A stretch of 56,109 bases of DNA from a virus (IMGVR_UViG_3300037420_000316:1-56109), one strand, 5' to 3'; shown: positions 18,099 through 27,840, counted from the first letter of the stretch. Numbers and translations are program-made. Notes: generated from the sequence alone by a model not told the origin.

Positions 18099-18680
18099 AT
18101 GGCATTCTCGATCAACACCTCCACCGGCAAGCTCATCAACACCGCACACGCCGGCAGCGGAGGAGGCTCACAGGTTCCCACCGTCTCGATTCCGGTCTCC
18201 GGGCTGACCAGCGGCAAGCAGTACGACCTCGTAGTGCAGCTCGACTCCATCGCGGCGGACTGGGGCTTCGCCACCGGCTACAAGTGGCGCTTCGGCGCAA
18301 AGGTCGAGTGGATCGCAACGAGCCTGAACTCGGCGATCACCCTCACCGTGGGCAGCGCTCCGGGTGAGTACCGCAAGACGTTCACGGCCAACACGACGAG
18401 CGGCACCATCAAGATCACCCCGCCGTATGCCCTGACCAAGGACGACGGCAACTCCGCGCACAGCGGATGGTGGGCCACCGCTCCGGTCACCATCGACCGC
18501 GTTGCCCTCCTGGGTGTCGGTGTCTCCTACTTCGACGGCGACACCCCTGACTCGGGTGCCTACATCTACTCGTGGTCGGGCACAGCGAACGCCTCGCAGT
18601 CCACCTTCGCGGCTCCCGCGGACACCACGCAGACCAAGGCTCAGGCCGACATCTACAAGCGGAACTGGCTGGTGGTGTAA
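18099..18680 (+). CDS. Minor tail protein (carbohydrate-binding-like; possibly the Dit C-terminal part)
   Basis: AAGGAGG RBS; YFDGDT...WSGTANASQS motif; ends YKRNWLVV. Confidence 0.7.
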   Translation: MAFSINTSTGKLINTAHAGSGGGSQVPTVSIPVSGLTSGKQYDLVVQLDSIAADWGFATGYKWRFGAKVEWIATSLNSAITLTVGSAPGEYRKTFTANTTSGTIKITPPYALTKDDGNSAHSGWWATAPVTIDRVALLGVGVSYFDGDTPDSGAYIYSWSGTANASQSTFAAPADTTQTKAQADIYKRNWLVV

Positions 18681-18682
18681 CT

Positions 18683-20068
18683 GTGAGGCTCGAAGACCTG
18701 ATTGTGGAGGTTCGCGACAAGCAGCTTCACCGGATCGGTCAGATCGTGGCGGAGGACCTCAACCTCGAGGCGACGGTCATCCACAACAACGTGGGTAACT
18801 GGCAGGTCACCCTCCCCAGTGAACACCACCTCGCAGACGCCCTCGGCTCCCCCGGAGCAGGCATCGTGGTGACCGGACCTGACGGCTCTGTGCTGTTCTC
18901 GGGTCCGGTCTCCCAGCCAGTCAGGGAGGTGACCCCTGAGGCAAGCGTCCAGGGCCAGGTCATCTTCACTGGCGAGACCGACGATCACATCGTCGCGGAC
19001 ATGCTCGCGTGGCCTCAGCCCTCGAACGGAGACGTGACCACGCAGACCGTGGGGCACGACGACCGGACGGGGCCGGCTGAGACCCTGATGCACGAGTACG
19101 TCGCGGCCAACGTCGGTCCCAATGCACCGACCGCTCGGCGCAACCCGTACCTCGTGATGGGCTCCAACCTCGCCCGCGGCGAGACCCTGACCAAGCACGC
19201 CCGCTTCCCCGTCCTCGGCTCGCTCCTCAACGAGATCGCCGCTGGGCAGGGTCTCGGCTTCCGCGTGCGACAGGGGCAGGGTCAGGAGCTCGTCTTCGAG
19301 ACCTTCGCCATCACCGACCGCTCCTCCTTCATCAAGCTCAGTGTCGAGAACGACGCACTCGCCAGCCTGAGGGCCGCTACGACCGCCCCGAAGGTCACCA
19401 GGGCCATCATCGGCGGCGCTGGGCAGCTCGAGGACCGCAAGTTCGTAGAGGTCTCCAACGACCAGTCCGTGGCCGCTGAGGGCGACTGGGGACGGCGTAT
19501 CGAGGTCTTCATCGACCAGCGCCAGGAGGACGGCACCGACGAGATGGTGCAGGCCGGAAGCGAGGCTCTCGCCGAAGGCGGCATGACCATCACCAACGTC
19601 GAGCTGGTGCCCGCTGAGGACACCACGATGCGCTTCGGCACCGACTGGAACCTTGGCGACAAGGTGACGGTCGTTCTCCAGGACGGCTACGAGGTCCAGA
19701 CGACCGTCAACGGCTTCGCCCTGAAGGCGAACGCGGACAGCGGCTTCGTCTTCGGCGTCACGCTCTCCGACGCGCTGACCATCGTCCGCGACTCCAGCAG
19801 GGTCGCCGAGGACCGGATCTCCAACCTCGAGCGCTCGGACGCGGTGCCGGCTACGGCTGTCAACGACCGCCCCAGCGTGACCTTCTCCTTCGCCACCGCG
19901 CAGACCGTCTGGAGCTGCCCCCACAACCTCGGCACCTCGCCGGTCAACATCGTCTGCTTCGACACCAATGGCGACGAGGTGGTGGGCGACCCGACCTACA
20001 TCGACAACAACACCGTCGAGATCCATTGGTTCTACGCCTTCTCAGGCTCCTGCCGGATCTCGACCTAA
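18683..20068 (+). CDS. Minor tail protein (baseplate hub, Gp37-like)
   Basis: LIVEVRDKQLHRIGQI, WGRRIEVFIDQR, FGTDWNLGDKVTV; GTG start 18683. Confidence 0.8.
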   Translation: MRLEDLIVEVRDKQLHRIGQIVAEDLNLEATVIHNNVGNWQVTLPSEHHLADALGSPGAGIVVTGPDGSVLFSGPVSQPVREVTPEASVQGQVIFTGETDDHIVADMLAWPQPSNGDVTTQTVGHDDRTGPAETLMHEYVAANVGPNAPTARRNPYLVMGSNLARGETLTKHARFPVLGSLLNEIAAGQGLGFRVRQGQGQELVFETFAITDRSSFIKLSVENDALASLRAATTAPKVTRAIIGGAGQLEDRKFVEVSNDQSVAAEGDWGRRIEVFIDQRQEDGTDEMVQAGSEALAEGGMTITNVELVPAEDTTMRFGTDWNLGDKVTVVLQDGYEVQTTVNGFALKANADSGFVFGVTLSDALTIVRDSSRVAEDRISNLERSDAVPATAVNDRPSVTFSFATAQTVWSCPHNLGTSPVNIVCFDTNGDEVVGDPTYIDNNTVEIHWFYAFSGSCRIST

Positions 20069-20083
20069 GGAGCTCGCACACAC

Positions 20084-21184
20084 ATGCCCAAGTTCGGATC
20101 TCAGATCGACGCCATGAAGGTGCCGATCAAGAACATCGTGGTCGAGACCAGTGCCACCGCCCCGGCGAGCCCGGTCAACGGCCAGTTCTGGTACGACACC
20201 TCAACCAACAAGCTGAAGATCTACGCCAACAGTGCGTGGCTCGCCCTCGACGGCAGCACCACGGCCACCCTTGACGCCATCCCGGCTCCGGTCGCCAGCG
20301 TTTCGCTGAACAGCCAGAAGATCACCAACCTCGCCACCCCCACCGCGGCCACCGACGCTGCGAACAAGCAGTACGTGGACGACAAGGTGCAGGGCCTCTC
20401 GGCCAAGGACTCGGTTCAGGCCGCGACCACCGCCAACATCACTCTGAGCGGCACGCAGACCATCGACGGCGTAACCCTGTCGGTCGGCGACCGTGTGCTG
20501 GTCAAGGACCAGACGACCGCCTCCCAGAACGGCATCTACATCGTCCTGTCCGGCTCCTGGACCCGAGCCTCGGACTTCGACACCTCAGCCGAGGTCGAGA
20601 AGGGTGCCTACGTCTTCGTGGAAGGCGGCACCCAGAACAGCGACTCGGGCTGGGTCCTGAGCACCGATGGCACCATCACCATCGGCTCAACTTCCCTCTC
20701 GTTCACGAAGTTCTCTGGCGCAGGCCAGATCACCGCGGGCAACGGTCTGACCAAGACCGGCAACACCCTCGACGTGGGAGCCGGTACCGGCATCACGGTC
20801 GCCGCGGACACTGTGGGCATCACGCCCGGTGGAGTCAGCGCCACCGAGCTCGCCGACAACGCGGTCAGCCTGTCGGGCACCAAGGTCACCGGCACTCTGG
20901 CTGTCGCCAAGGGCGGCACGGGTGGCACGACCCAGCTCGGCGCTCGCACCGGCATCAATGCGGCGGGCTACCTCCGGGTGACCCTCCCCGCCCTCTCGGC
21001 GGGCACGGCTGCCAACGTCACCGCGGCTGCCAGCAACTTCAGCACCGCGAACCCGACCGTCATCTTCACGCAGGGCACCGACCAGATCTTCCTCGACTAC
21101 ACCTACGACAACACGACGGACACGCTCTCCGTCACCGCTGCCGTGGCTCTGGCGTCGGGGATCATCGCGACGATGGTGGGCTGA
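20084..21184 (+). CDS. Minor tail / tail fibre protein
   Basis: Thr/Ala/Gly-rich; DAANKQYVD, NITLSGTQTIDG..GDRVLVKDQT..QNGIY. Confidence 0.72.
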   Translation: MPKFGSQIDAMKVPIKNIVVETSATAPASPVNGQFWYDTSTNKLKIYANSAWLALDGSTTATLDAIPAPVASVSLNSQKITNLATPTAATDAANKQYVDDKVQGLSAKDSVQAATTANITLSGTQTIDGVTLSVGDRVLVKDQTTASQNGIYIVLSGSWTRASDFDTSAEVEKGAYVFVEGGTQNSDSGWVLSTDGTITIGSTSLSFTKFSGAGQITAGNGLTKTGNTLDVGAGTGITVAADTVGITPGGVSATELADNAVSLSGTKVTGTLAVAKGGTGGTTQLGARTGINAAGYLRVTLPALSAGTAANVTAAASNFSTANPTVIFTQGTDQIFLDYTYDNTTDTLSVTAAVALASGIIATMVG

Positions 21185-21187
21185 CGC

Positions 21188-21772
21188 ATGGCCGCTGGAA
21201 TCTGGGGCATCCCTCTCCGCATCAAGCAGATGGTCACACCGTCCAACCCTGCCAGCGGCAGCAACGCCCTGTACTTCAAGTCAGACAGCCGCCTGTACTC
21301 GCTGGACTCGAGCGGCATCGAGACCAAGTACGCCACGACCAGCGAGGCGGCTGGTCCCATTGCCCTGCCCTACATCGAGCGGAGCCTGTCGTCCGGTCAG
21401 GCGATTGCCAGTGGTACGTCGGACACCACCGTCCTCTGGTCGCAGAGCGTGGTCGCCGGCAGCGGCAACCTGTCCTACTCATCGGGCACCTTCACAACCG
21501 GCACCGCTGGCCTCTACCTCGTGACCGTGAGCGTTGCGTTCAACGCCAACTCCACGGGCAAGCGCGAGGTCACCATCCGGCAGAACGGAACCGGCAAGGG
21601 CGGCATGAACGTCGCTGCCCCGAACAGTGCTGCTGCCGCCCTGAACGCCTCTGCGCTCATCATCTGCGCCGCCAACGACTCCATCACCGTCGATGTGAAC
21701 CAGAACAGCGGCAGCAGCCTCAACGTCCAGACGAACTCTCGCATCGTCATCACCCGGATCGGCACGAACTGA
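21188..21772 (+). CDS. Minor tail protein, C1q/TNF-like receptor-binding candidate
   Basis: GTFT..TAGLYLVTVSV..DSITVDVNQNSG beta-rich pattern. Confidence 0.6.
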   Translation: MAAGIWGIPLRIKQMVTPSNPASGSNALYFKSDSRLYSLDSSGIETKYATTSEAAGPIALPYIERSLSSGQAIASGTSDTTVLWSQSVVAGSGNLSYSSGTFTTGTAGLYLVTVSVAFNANSTGKREVTIRQNGTGKGGMNVAAPNSAAAALNASALIICAANDSITVDVNQNSGSSLNVQTNSRIVITRIGTN

Positions 21773-21830
21773 GCCGGTGTGTAGATGAGAGGCACGTCTC
21801 CACCAACTACCCAAGAAGGGCCACTACATC

Positions 21831-22154
21831 GTGAGTGACCTCGTTCCCCAGGTCCTGTCCGCGGTGGGCGGTGCTGGCGTTGCCGGTACCGCCGTCACGT
21901 GGTGGACCGCCCGCAGGAAGGTCCCTGCTGAGGTGGACAACATCATCGTCACCGGAGCGGAGATGACCGTTCAGTCCGCTCTCGCCATCGCCTCTGCGGA
22001 GGCAGCTCGAGCCGACAGGGCCGAGCAGCGATCCCTCGAGCTGGAGCAGCGCCTCGACGCCGCGCTCGCCCGCGTGGACATGCTCCAGACCGCCCTCGAT
22101 GCGGTCCGCGACGAGCTCTACGACATCAAGAACCACAAGGAGGACCGCCTGTGA
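21831..22154 (+). CDS. Membrane-anchored coiled-coil protein of the lysis cassette
   Basis: Hydrophobic N-terminus then heptad-like helix; overlaps lysin start. Confidence 0.55.
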   Translation: MSDLVPQVLSAVGGAGVAGTAVTWWTARRKVPAEVDNIIVTGAEMTVQSALAIASAEAARADRAEQRSLELEQRLDAALARVDMLQTALDAVRDELYDIKNHKEDRL

Positions 22155-22807
22155 GCGAACCCCAGATCATCTCCATCGCCAAGAAGGAGGTCGGCTACCG
22201 CGAGGGCTACAGCAACGGCCACTGGAACAACGACGAGAAGTACGCCGAGTCCATGCCCGACCTCAAGTGGGTTAGCGACCAGGGGCAGCCCTGGTGTGCG
22301 GTGTTCGTCTCCTGGTGTGCCGAGAAGGCCGGCGTGCGTGAGCTCTACCCGCGGACGGCCAGCACCGACATCGGTGCCTCGTGGTTCAAGCAGCGCGGCG
22401 AGTGGTCGACCTACCCGGCTGTCCCCGCCCAGGTCTTCTACGGCGACAACGGCGACATGAACCACACCGGCATCGTCTACGACTACGACGCCGACTACAT
22501 CTACACCGTCGAGGGCAACACCAACGACAGCGGTTCCCGCGAGGGCAACGGCGTCTACCTGAAGAAGCGCGCCCGTCGCGACTCCTACGTCCAGGGCTAC
22601 GGCTACCCCAAGGGTCTGGTCACCAAGAGCGCCGACCCGAACTTCAAGGGCGAGGTCAAGCCCGAGCCGAAGCCGTCCCGCCTCGAGGAGGCGACGGACG
22701 AGCTGAACGACGCGCTCTCCGATCTCTCGAAGGTCTCCCCCAAGCGCACGAAGGTCCACGACATCCGCGAGGAGATCGAGGACCTCGTGAACCAACTCCC
22801 CAAGTGA
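22151..22807 (+). CDS. Endolysin, CHAP-domain peptidase
   Basis: PWCAVFVSW, NHTGIV, TVEGNT, GYGYP. Confidence 0.85.
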   Translation: MSEPQIISIAKKEVGYREGYSNGHWNNDEKYAESMPDLKWVSDQGQPWCAVFVSWCAEKAGVRELYPRTASTDIGASWFKQRGEWSTYPAVPAQVFYGDNGDMNHTGIVYDYDADYIYTVEGNTNDSGSREGNGVYLKKRARRDSYVQGYGYPKGLVTKSADPNFKGEVKPEPKPSRLEEATDELNDALSDLSKVSPKRTKVHDIREEIEDLVNQLPK

Positions 22808-22814
22808 GGTGAAC

Positions 22815-22991
22815 ATGAAGCTCAACCCCATCGCTCAGGCGATCCTCGGTGGTGTCGCTGCGGCCCTGGTCGTCGCGGCCCCGCTGGTCGATGACGGCGT
22901 AACCGCCTCTGAGATCATCGCCATCGTTCTCGCCGGCCTCGGTGGCTCTGGCCTGACCGCAGTCACCCCGGTCGCCCGCAAGCGCGACTGA
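22815..22991 (+). CDS. Holin candidate
   Basis: Two hydrophobic segments, basic C-terminus, follows lysin; GAGG RBS. Confidence 0.6.
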   Translation: MKLNPIAQAILGGVAAALVVAAPLVDDGVTASEIIAIVLAGLGGSGLTAVTPVARKRD

Positions 22992-23000
22992 GGTACAGCA

Positions 23001-23032
23001 AAGCCCCCCGCCCTGAATGGGTGGGGGGCCTT
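23001..23032. terminator. Stem-loop between convergent lysis and Lsr2-like genes
   Basis: GCCCCCCGCCC-TGAAT-GGGTGGGGGGC; A run on the left gives a U tract on the - strand. Confidence 0.7.
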
Positions 23033-23064
23033 CTGCTGCTTCAGAGTGTTTCAGGTTGAAACAC

Positions 23065-23346
23065 TCACCCAGCCTTCTGCTGCTTCATCGCCTCGATCTC
23101 CTCGATGGTCATGATCTTCGACTTGGCGCGAGGCCGACCCGCCGTGGTCTTCTTGGCAGCCGCCTTCTTCGTCGTCGCCCGAGGAGTTGCCGCCTTGGTC
23201 ACCAGTGCCAGCAGGTCCTCCATCGGCTTCCGGTGAGCCTCGCACAGGTCCAATCGCTGCTTCTTCTGCCCCTGCCGGACCTCATAGGTAGACAGGCCCT
23301 CCTGCGCCCCGCACTTGTCGCACACGGTCACTGTCACTCGAGCCAT
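23065..23346 (-). CDS. Lsr2-like small basic protein
   Basis: MARVTVTVCDKC...RLDLCEAH...LL resembles the Lsr2 N-terminal dimerisation domain; Lys/Ala-rich tail. Confidence 0.6.
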   Translation of the reverse strand: MARVTVTVCDKCGAQEGLSTYEVRQGQKKQRLDLCEAHRKPMEDLLALVTKAATPRATTKKAAAKKTTAGRPRAKSKIMTIEEIEAMKQQKAG

Positions 23347-23527
23347 CGCCACTGTTTCTCCCGCCTCCGAGACGTTGAACTGACAGGCAAACCCTATCGC
23401 CCTGACTAGACCAACCACCAGGTCGCTTGACCTAAGTTACACAGAGTGGCAAAGTATGAGGTATAAACGGGCTTGAGGGAGCCAGGTTCATCAAACAAGC
23501 AGGGGAGCGGACAGAGAGGAGCGTCAC

Positions 23528-23980
23528 ATGCCAGGCAGCAAGATCCAGAACGAGCAAGAGGTCCTGAAGTGGTTCGCAGAGGGGCGGACCTATCAGTGGA
23601 TGGTCGAGAAGTACCGTGAGAAGTACAAGATCGAGACCACGATCTCGATGTGGGGGAACTTCCGTCGCCGCCACGGCCTCGACCGACGCATGGCGTGGGA
23701 CGACCAGCTCATCCCGTGGCCGGTCAAGGTCGAGCACCGCTACAGCTGGCCGATCCTCATGCTGCGCAAGGAGGCCCGCCGTCGAGCTGGCCTGCCCCTG
23801 ACCGCGGACGCCGAGCATGAGGTGGACGCCTGGCTGGCCGGCATGGAGCGCGACGGCACCGTCCTTCACTACGACCCCGACACCGAGCAGGGCTGGTTCT
23901 ACGTCCCTCGGCGCAAGGGGGTCGACACGGACATCATCCGCCACCCTGAGGGGGCCACGGGTCGCCGTAAGGCGGGATGA
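23528..23980 (+). CDS. Immunity repressor (L5 gp71 / BD-phage type)
   Basis: N-terminal HTH-like region GRTYQWMVEKY..TTISMWGNFRRR, IPWPV..H, VLHYDP, GWFYVPR...D.DIIR. Confidence 0.85.
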   Translation: MPGSKIQNEQEVLKWFAEGRTYQWMVEKYREKYKIETTISMWGNFRRRHGLDRRMAWDDQLIPWPVKVEHRYSWPILMLRKEARRRAGLPLTADAEHEVDAWLAGMERDGTVLHYDPDTEQGWFYVPRRKGVDTDIIRHPEGATGRRKAG

Positions 23981-24100
23981 CTACGTGGCCTAGTCCATTG
24001 TGACTAGGGGCTACTCGCGAGTAGTGTGAGTCTTTACTCTCGAGGGGCCTCCCGCCTGGATGAAACCTGAAAGAACTCCTACAGTCCTCTATGTGTGACG

Positions 24101-24146
24101 CAGGGGGCCAGGAACCGGCTTGAGAGCAGCCGTTCCTGGCCCCTGT
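24101..24146 (+). terminator. Stem-loop downstream of repressor
   Basis: GGGGCCAGGAAC(C)GGCT/AGCCGTTCCTGGCCCC followed by TGTT. Confidence 0.55.
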
Positions 24147-24185
24147 TGCATGTCGGTGCTCCCCACCTCCCGTGTCGGGGCTCCG

Positions 24186-24213
24186 TGCTAGGTTTCGGCT
24201 CTCAGTTACCCAC
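24186..24213 (+). promoter_or_regulatory. Extended -10 promoter candidate with adjacent operator
   Basis: TGc-TAGGTT at 24186-24194; reverse-oriented 15-bp motif at 24199-24213; heads the replication genes. Confidence 0.45.
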
Positions 24214-24231
24214 CACGACCAAGGAGGTCTC

Positions 24232-24561
24232 ATGCCACTCCGCATCCACCCGACCAACGTAGGCCCGTCGCTGATCCGCATGAAGGCCAACATCGCGCTG
24301 GACTGCGGTGGCGTCCTGCTCTATGTCAACGGGGCCGAGGAGATCTCCTACATCGAGACCTCCCCCGAGTTCGAGATGGAGGCCCTGAAGGTGTGCGAGA
24401 TCCTCGCTCGGCGCAACGGCTTCGAGCTCATGGGTGAGGACGAGGGTGGGGTCGAGGAGTTCGAGGACGGTCGCGTCCGGCACTGGCTGGCGCAGACGGC
24501 CTTCGTCCAGATGAGCACAGAGATCGACAACGAGAAGAAGGGGGTGGCGTTCGCTTCGTGA
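24232..24561 (+). CDS. Hypothetical protein
   Basis: AAGGAGG RBS; overlaps next start. Confidence 0.65.
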   Translation: MPLRIHPTNVGPSLIRMKANIALDCGGVLLYVNGAEEISYIETSPEFEMEALKVCEILARRNGFELMGEDEGGVEEFEDGRVRHWLAQTAFVQMSTEIDNEKKGVAFAS

Positions 24562-25628
24562 CGACAGCAACGCTCAGTAAGCCATCGGATGTGCAGGCAC
24601 CCGTCCGCGAGGCTGGCGGGGACAACGAGGTGCCGCGTGACAAGCTGGGCAGGCCGCGGATCAAGCTGGTCTGCCAGGCGTGCGACCTCGGCAAGGTCCC
24701 GAGCCCAAAGACGGGTAGGCCGATCCAGTGCCCGAAGTGCAAGGGCAAGGGGCAGCTCGAGCGCTCCTACACCCGCACGACGACGTACATCGACGTGCTG
24801 GACGACAAGTCGAACCTCCAGGCATGGGGCGAGCGCATGGTGCTCATCGGCGTGGACCGGGAGCGCACGCTGCTCGACGGCGTGGCCGACCTGTTCGCGG
24901 ATGCCACCGCGGTCCCCATCGACTGCGGACATACCCGCAAGGAACGGGCCGAGAAGGGCATCGAGCCGGGTGACTGCCGGTCATGTGACGCGAGGTCTGC
25001 CAAGGACGAGCTCAACCGTCGTGCGCAGATCGCCAAGGTCAAGGCCGGCGCGGAGGAGAAGGCCGACAAGGGCACGGAGCTGCACGGTCTCTCCGAGTTG
25101 GTCGACCAGGGCCTCGAGCTGCCCAAGGGCATCGACTTCGGCGATGTCATCGACATGGACGCCTACCGTCGTGCGACGACGGGCTTCCACATCGTCCACA
25201 TGGAGAAGCTCGTGGTCAGCGATCTTCTCGGCGTTGCCGGTACGCCCGACCGTGTAAGTGAGTGGTGGGGCGACAACCCGCTGATCGCACCCAACGGCAA
25301 GATCTTCCTGCCGAAGGCCGGCGACCGGCTCATCACCGACCTGAAGACGGGCACGGTGGAGTACGGCGCGCTGAAGATGGCGATGCAGCTCGCGATCTAC
25401 TCGCGGTCTGACCTGTACGACCCCAAGACTGGCGAGCGCACTCCGATGGAGAACGTGGACCAGGAGTGGGGAATCATCATGAACGTCCCCGCAGGCAGCG
25501 GCGAGGCGACCCTCTACTGGGCCGACCTCACGCTGGGCTGGCGTGCCGTCGAGGTGGCCGGCTTGGTGCGGGATCTGCGTTCTGTCGGTGCTTCGGGCGC
25601 TCTCACGGCGCTCGACAGTGTAACTTAG
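24558..25628 (+). CDS. Cas4-like / PD-(D/E)XK exonuclease
   Basis: GTELH, E..V, AGTPDRV, ITDLKTG, MQLAIYS; extra CxxC motifs. Confidence 0.82.
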   Translation: MTTATLSKPSDVQAPVREAGGDNEVPRDKLGRPRIKLVCQACDLGKVPSPKTGRPIQCPKCKGKGQLERSYTRTTTYIDVLDDKSNLQAWGERMVLIGVDRERTLLDGVADLFADATAVPIDCGHTRKERAEKGIEPGDCRSCDARSAKDELNRRAQIAKVKAGAEEKADKGTELHGLSELVDQGLELPKGIDFGDVIDMDAYRRATTGFHIVHMEKLVVSDLLGVAGTPDRVSEWWGDNPLIAPNGKIFLPKAGDRLITDLKTGTVEYGALKMAMQLAIYSRSDLYDPKTGERTPMENVDQEWGIIMNVPAGSGEATLYWADLTLGWRAVEVAGLVRDLRSVGASGALTALDSVT

Positions 25629-25672
25629 AGGTTGTGAGGGCGCAAGTCCCCGCAACATGGAGAGGAGAAAGA

Positions 25673-26017
25673 GTGAGTGATCTGAACCTGAAGGTCGGCG
25701 ACAAGGTTCGCCTGACCATCGAGGCCGAGATCAGCGGCGTCGACTTCGACGGCGAGATCTCGTTCGAGGGGAACGGCGGCGTCGGCGGTTCCTTCTACCC
25801 GGAGGACCTCGAGGAAGGTGTCCTCGAGAAGATCGTGCCGCCGTTCAAGGCCGGCGATCTCGTGGGCGCTGGCGGAAGCCGCTACCTGCTGCTCGAGTCG
25901 CTCGAGGATGGACGCTTCAAGTACCTGAGCCTCCAGACGCACGGCATCTACCACGCCGAGTTCGAGCGCGAGAACTACAAGCTCGTCGCCTCGAACTGCC
26001 TCGGGGGTGCCGCGTGA
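25673..26017 (+). CDS. Hypothetical protein
   Basis: GAGGAG RBS; LKVGDKVR and FKAGDLV SH3-like starts. Confidence 0.65.
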   Translation: MSDLNLKVGDKVRLTIEAEISGVDFDGEISFEGNGGVGGSFYPEDLEEGVLEKIVPPFKAGDLVGAGGSRYLLLESLEDGRFKYLSLQTHGIYHAEFERENYKLVASNCLGGAA

Positions 26018-26508
26018 CCAACCCCCACGAGCTCGGCAAGATCGGCGTCACCATCAAGGTGCCCGAGTCCAAGAAGTACGCGGGCGACAACCCGTGGTTC
26101 GTCTTCGAGGGCACGAACGCGGATGACATCAAGGCCAAGATCGGCGCGACCTTCGGCATGGACACCGAGGGCCTGACGCTCAGCGATGTCGTCATCAACG
26201 CGCAGCGGCTCGCGACGGGCCTCGGAGCGGTCGCTCACGGCCTCGGAGGGAGCGTGCTGGCCTCGGGTCGGGCGGACTCCTCGCAGGCCGCTGGTGGCGC
26301 TCCTGTGGGCGGTGGCGACGTGTGGAGCCAGGTCAACGGCGCTGCCAACGGCCAGCCGGCACAGGAGGTCGTGGACCCGATCCTCGACGCCATCGAGAAG
26401 GCCACGTCGGTGGACGAGCTGAAGCAGCTCTGGGCCGAGAACCAGGCCGCGTTCAACGACGCCAAGTACATGGACCCGTGGAAGGCGAAGGGCAAGTCCC
26501 TCTCCTGA
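26014..26508 (+). CDS. Hypothetical protein
   Basis: GTGA overlap with previous gene; typical GC-rich codon usage. Confidence 0.7.
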   Translation: MTNPHELGKIGVTIKVPESKKYAGDNPWFVFEGTNADDIKAKIGATFGMDTEGLTLSDVVINAQRLATGLGAVAHGLGGSVLASGRADSSQAAGGAPVGGGDVWSQVNGAANGQPAQEVVDPILDAIEKATSVDELKQLWAENQAAFNDAKYMDPWKAKGKSLS

Positions 26509-26541
26509 CGCTGGGTGTGTAACTGAGAGAAAGGTAGCACA

Positions 26542-26742
26542 TTGGAGAACCGAGGCACAAGCATCGTCGGCCTGCTCGGGGTGGCGTTCGTCGTCCTGAA
26601 GCTGACCGGCGTCATCGACTGGTCGTGGCTCTGGGTCACCGCCCCCTTCTGGGCCGGCATCGCCCTGGCCCTCGTCCTGTTCGTCATCGGCGTCGTCTTC
26701 GCCGTCATCGCCACGGCTGTTGAAGCCGTCGTGGGTAAGTGA
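26542..26742 (+). CDS. Small membrane protein
   Basis: FVVLKLTGVIDWSWLWVTAPFW; two hydrophobic segments. Confidence 0.7.
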   Translation: MENRGTSIVGLLGVAFVVLKLTGVIDWSWLWVTAPFWAGIALALVLFVIGVVFAVIATAVEAVVGK

Positions 26743-26756
26743 GAGGAAGCAACTTC

Positions 26757-27038
26757 ATGCGCAAGAGCAAGACCCCCGTCGAGCCGACCTTCGAGGAGCG
26801 TGCCGCCGCGTCCCACGCCAAGGCCGGTGCCGCCCTGTCGATCTTCGAGCAGATCGCCGCTGACCTCGAGCAGGCCGCTGTCGAGCAGCTCGCCCTGTCG
26901 GCGGACATCGACAGCCGCATCCAGGCCCTCGAGGACGAGATCGAGCGACTGAACGGCCTCGCCTACGACGCCGAGAACGCCGCGGAGGCGTACGACACGC
27001 AGTCGCACAACGTCCGCACGCTCGCCGGCCTCGCCTGA
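26757..27038 (+). CDS. Coiled-coil hypothetical protein
   Basis: Heptad-like Ala/Glu/Leu sequence; GAGG RBS. Confidence 0.65.
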   Translation: MRKSKTPVEPTFEERAAASHAKAGAALSIFEQIAADLEQAAVEQLALSADIDSRIQALEDEIERLNGLAYDAENAAEAYDTQSHNVRTLAGLA

Positions 27039-27076
27039 CCAACCACCTCACGAGAGAAAGAGAGAACCCAACACAC

Positions 27077-27508
27077 ATGTTCGCTAAGCCGTCCGAGGCC
27101 CCCGGTGGGGGCAACTTCTTCAAGCCCGCCGACCTCTCCACGTCGCTGGCCGTCGTCTTCGAGCCGAAGAGCGTCGTTCCCGAGGTGACCCACACCTACC
27201 AGGGCAAGGTCACCGGAGTCCACGACGACGTGGTGGCCGACATCACCGTATTCGACAACCAGGCGATGCTCGACGGGACGACCTCCCCGATCACCATGAA
27301 GCAGGTCACCGTCGACAAGAAGGGCGTCGCCAACGCGCTCAAGCACTTCATCGGCGGCGCGGTCCTGGGTCGCCTGACCAAGGACACGACGAAGAACGGC
27401 AACACCGTCTGGGTGCTGGTCGACGTGGACCCGCAGACCACCGAGAAGGTCGGCGCGTACTTCACCGCTCGTGCCGAGGCTGCGGCGGCTGCGCCGAGCT
27501 TCGACTGA
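27077..27508 (+). CDS. Single-stranded DNA-binding protein candidate
   Basis: Upstream of helicase; beta-rich; ends AAAAPSFD. Confidence 0.5.
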   Translation: MFAKPSEAPGGGNFFKPADLSTSLAVVFEPKSVVPEVTHTYQGKVTGVHDDVVADITVFDNQAMLDGTTSPITMKQVTVDKKGVANALKHFIGGAVLGRLTKDTTKNGNTVWVLVDVDPQTTEKVGAYFTARAEAAAAAPSFD

Positions 27509-27822
27509 TGGCCGGCGAGACGCCCGCCAAGAAGGCGGCTGCCAAGGTCCCGGCTCTGACCAAGGAGGAGATCGCCGAGCTCGATGCCATCGAGCCGTTC
27601 GAGACCTCGGAGGAGAAGCCCGACCCGTTTGGTCGCATCGTCCGCTACGTCACCCCCTCGGAGACCATCCGGCCCGCCATCGTCACGCGGGTCCACGAGG
27701 ACGGCGCTGTCGACCTCACGGTCTTCAACTCCGAGGGTGCCGCGCCGGCCACGCGAGTGCTCGAGGAGCCCCCGGTCGACGGGGACTTCATCCCGCACTC
27801 GTTCCACTGGCCGACGCGCTGA
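27508..27822 (+). CDS. Hypothetical protein
   Basis: TGATG coupling; GRIVRY..RPAIVTRV..VDLTVF..HWP motif. Confidence 0.65.
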   Translation: MAGETPAKKAAAKVPALTKEEIAELDAIEPFETSEEKPDPFGRIVRYVTPSETIRPAIVTRVHEDGAVDLTVFNSEGAAPATRVLEEPPVDGDFIPHSFHWPTR

Positions 27823-27840
27823 CGCCGAAGGGAGGCACTC

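Noticed and set aside
20084-21772. Diversity-generating retroelement or invertible tail-fibre cassette
   Set aside because: No reverse transcriptase, no template/variable repeat pair and no invertase with flanking inverted repeats seen
24058-24078. Possible additional palindrome copy (GGATGAAACCTGAAAGAAC)
   Set aside because: Left arm does not match GTGTTTCA; too degenerate to count
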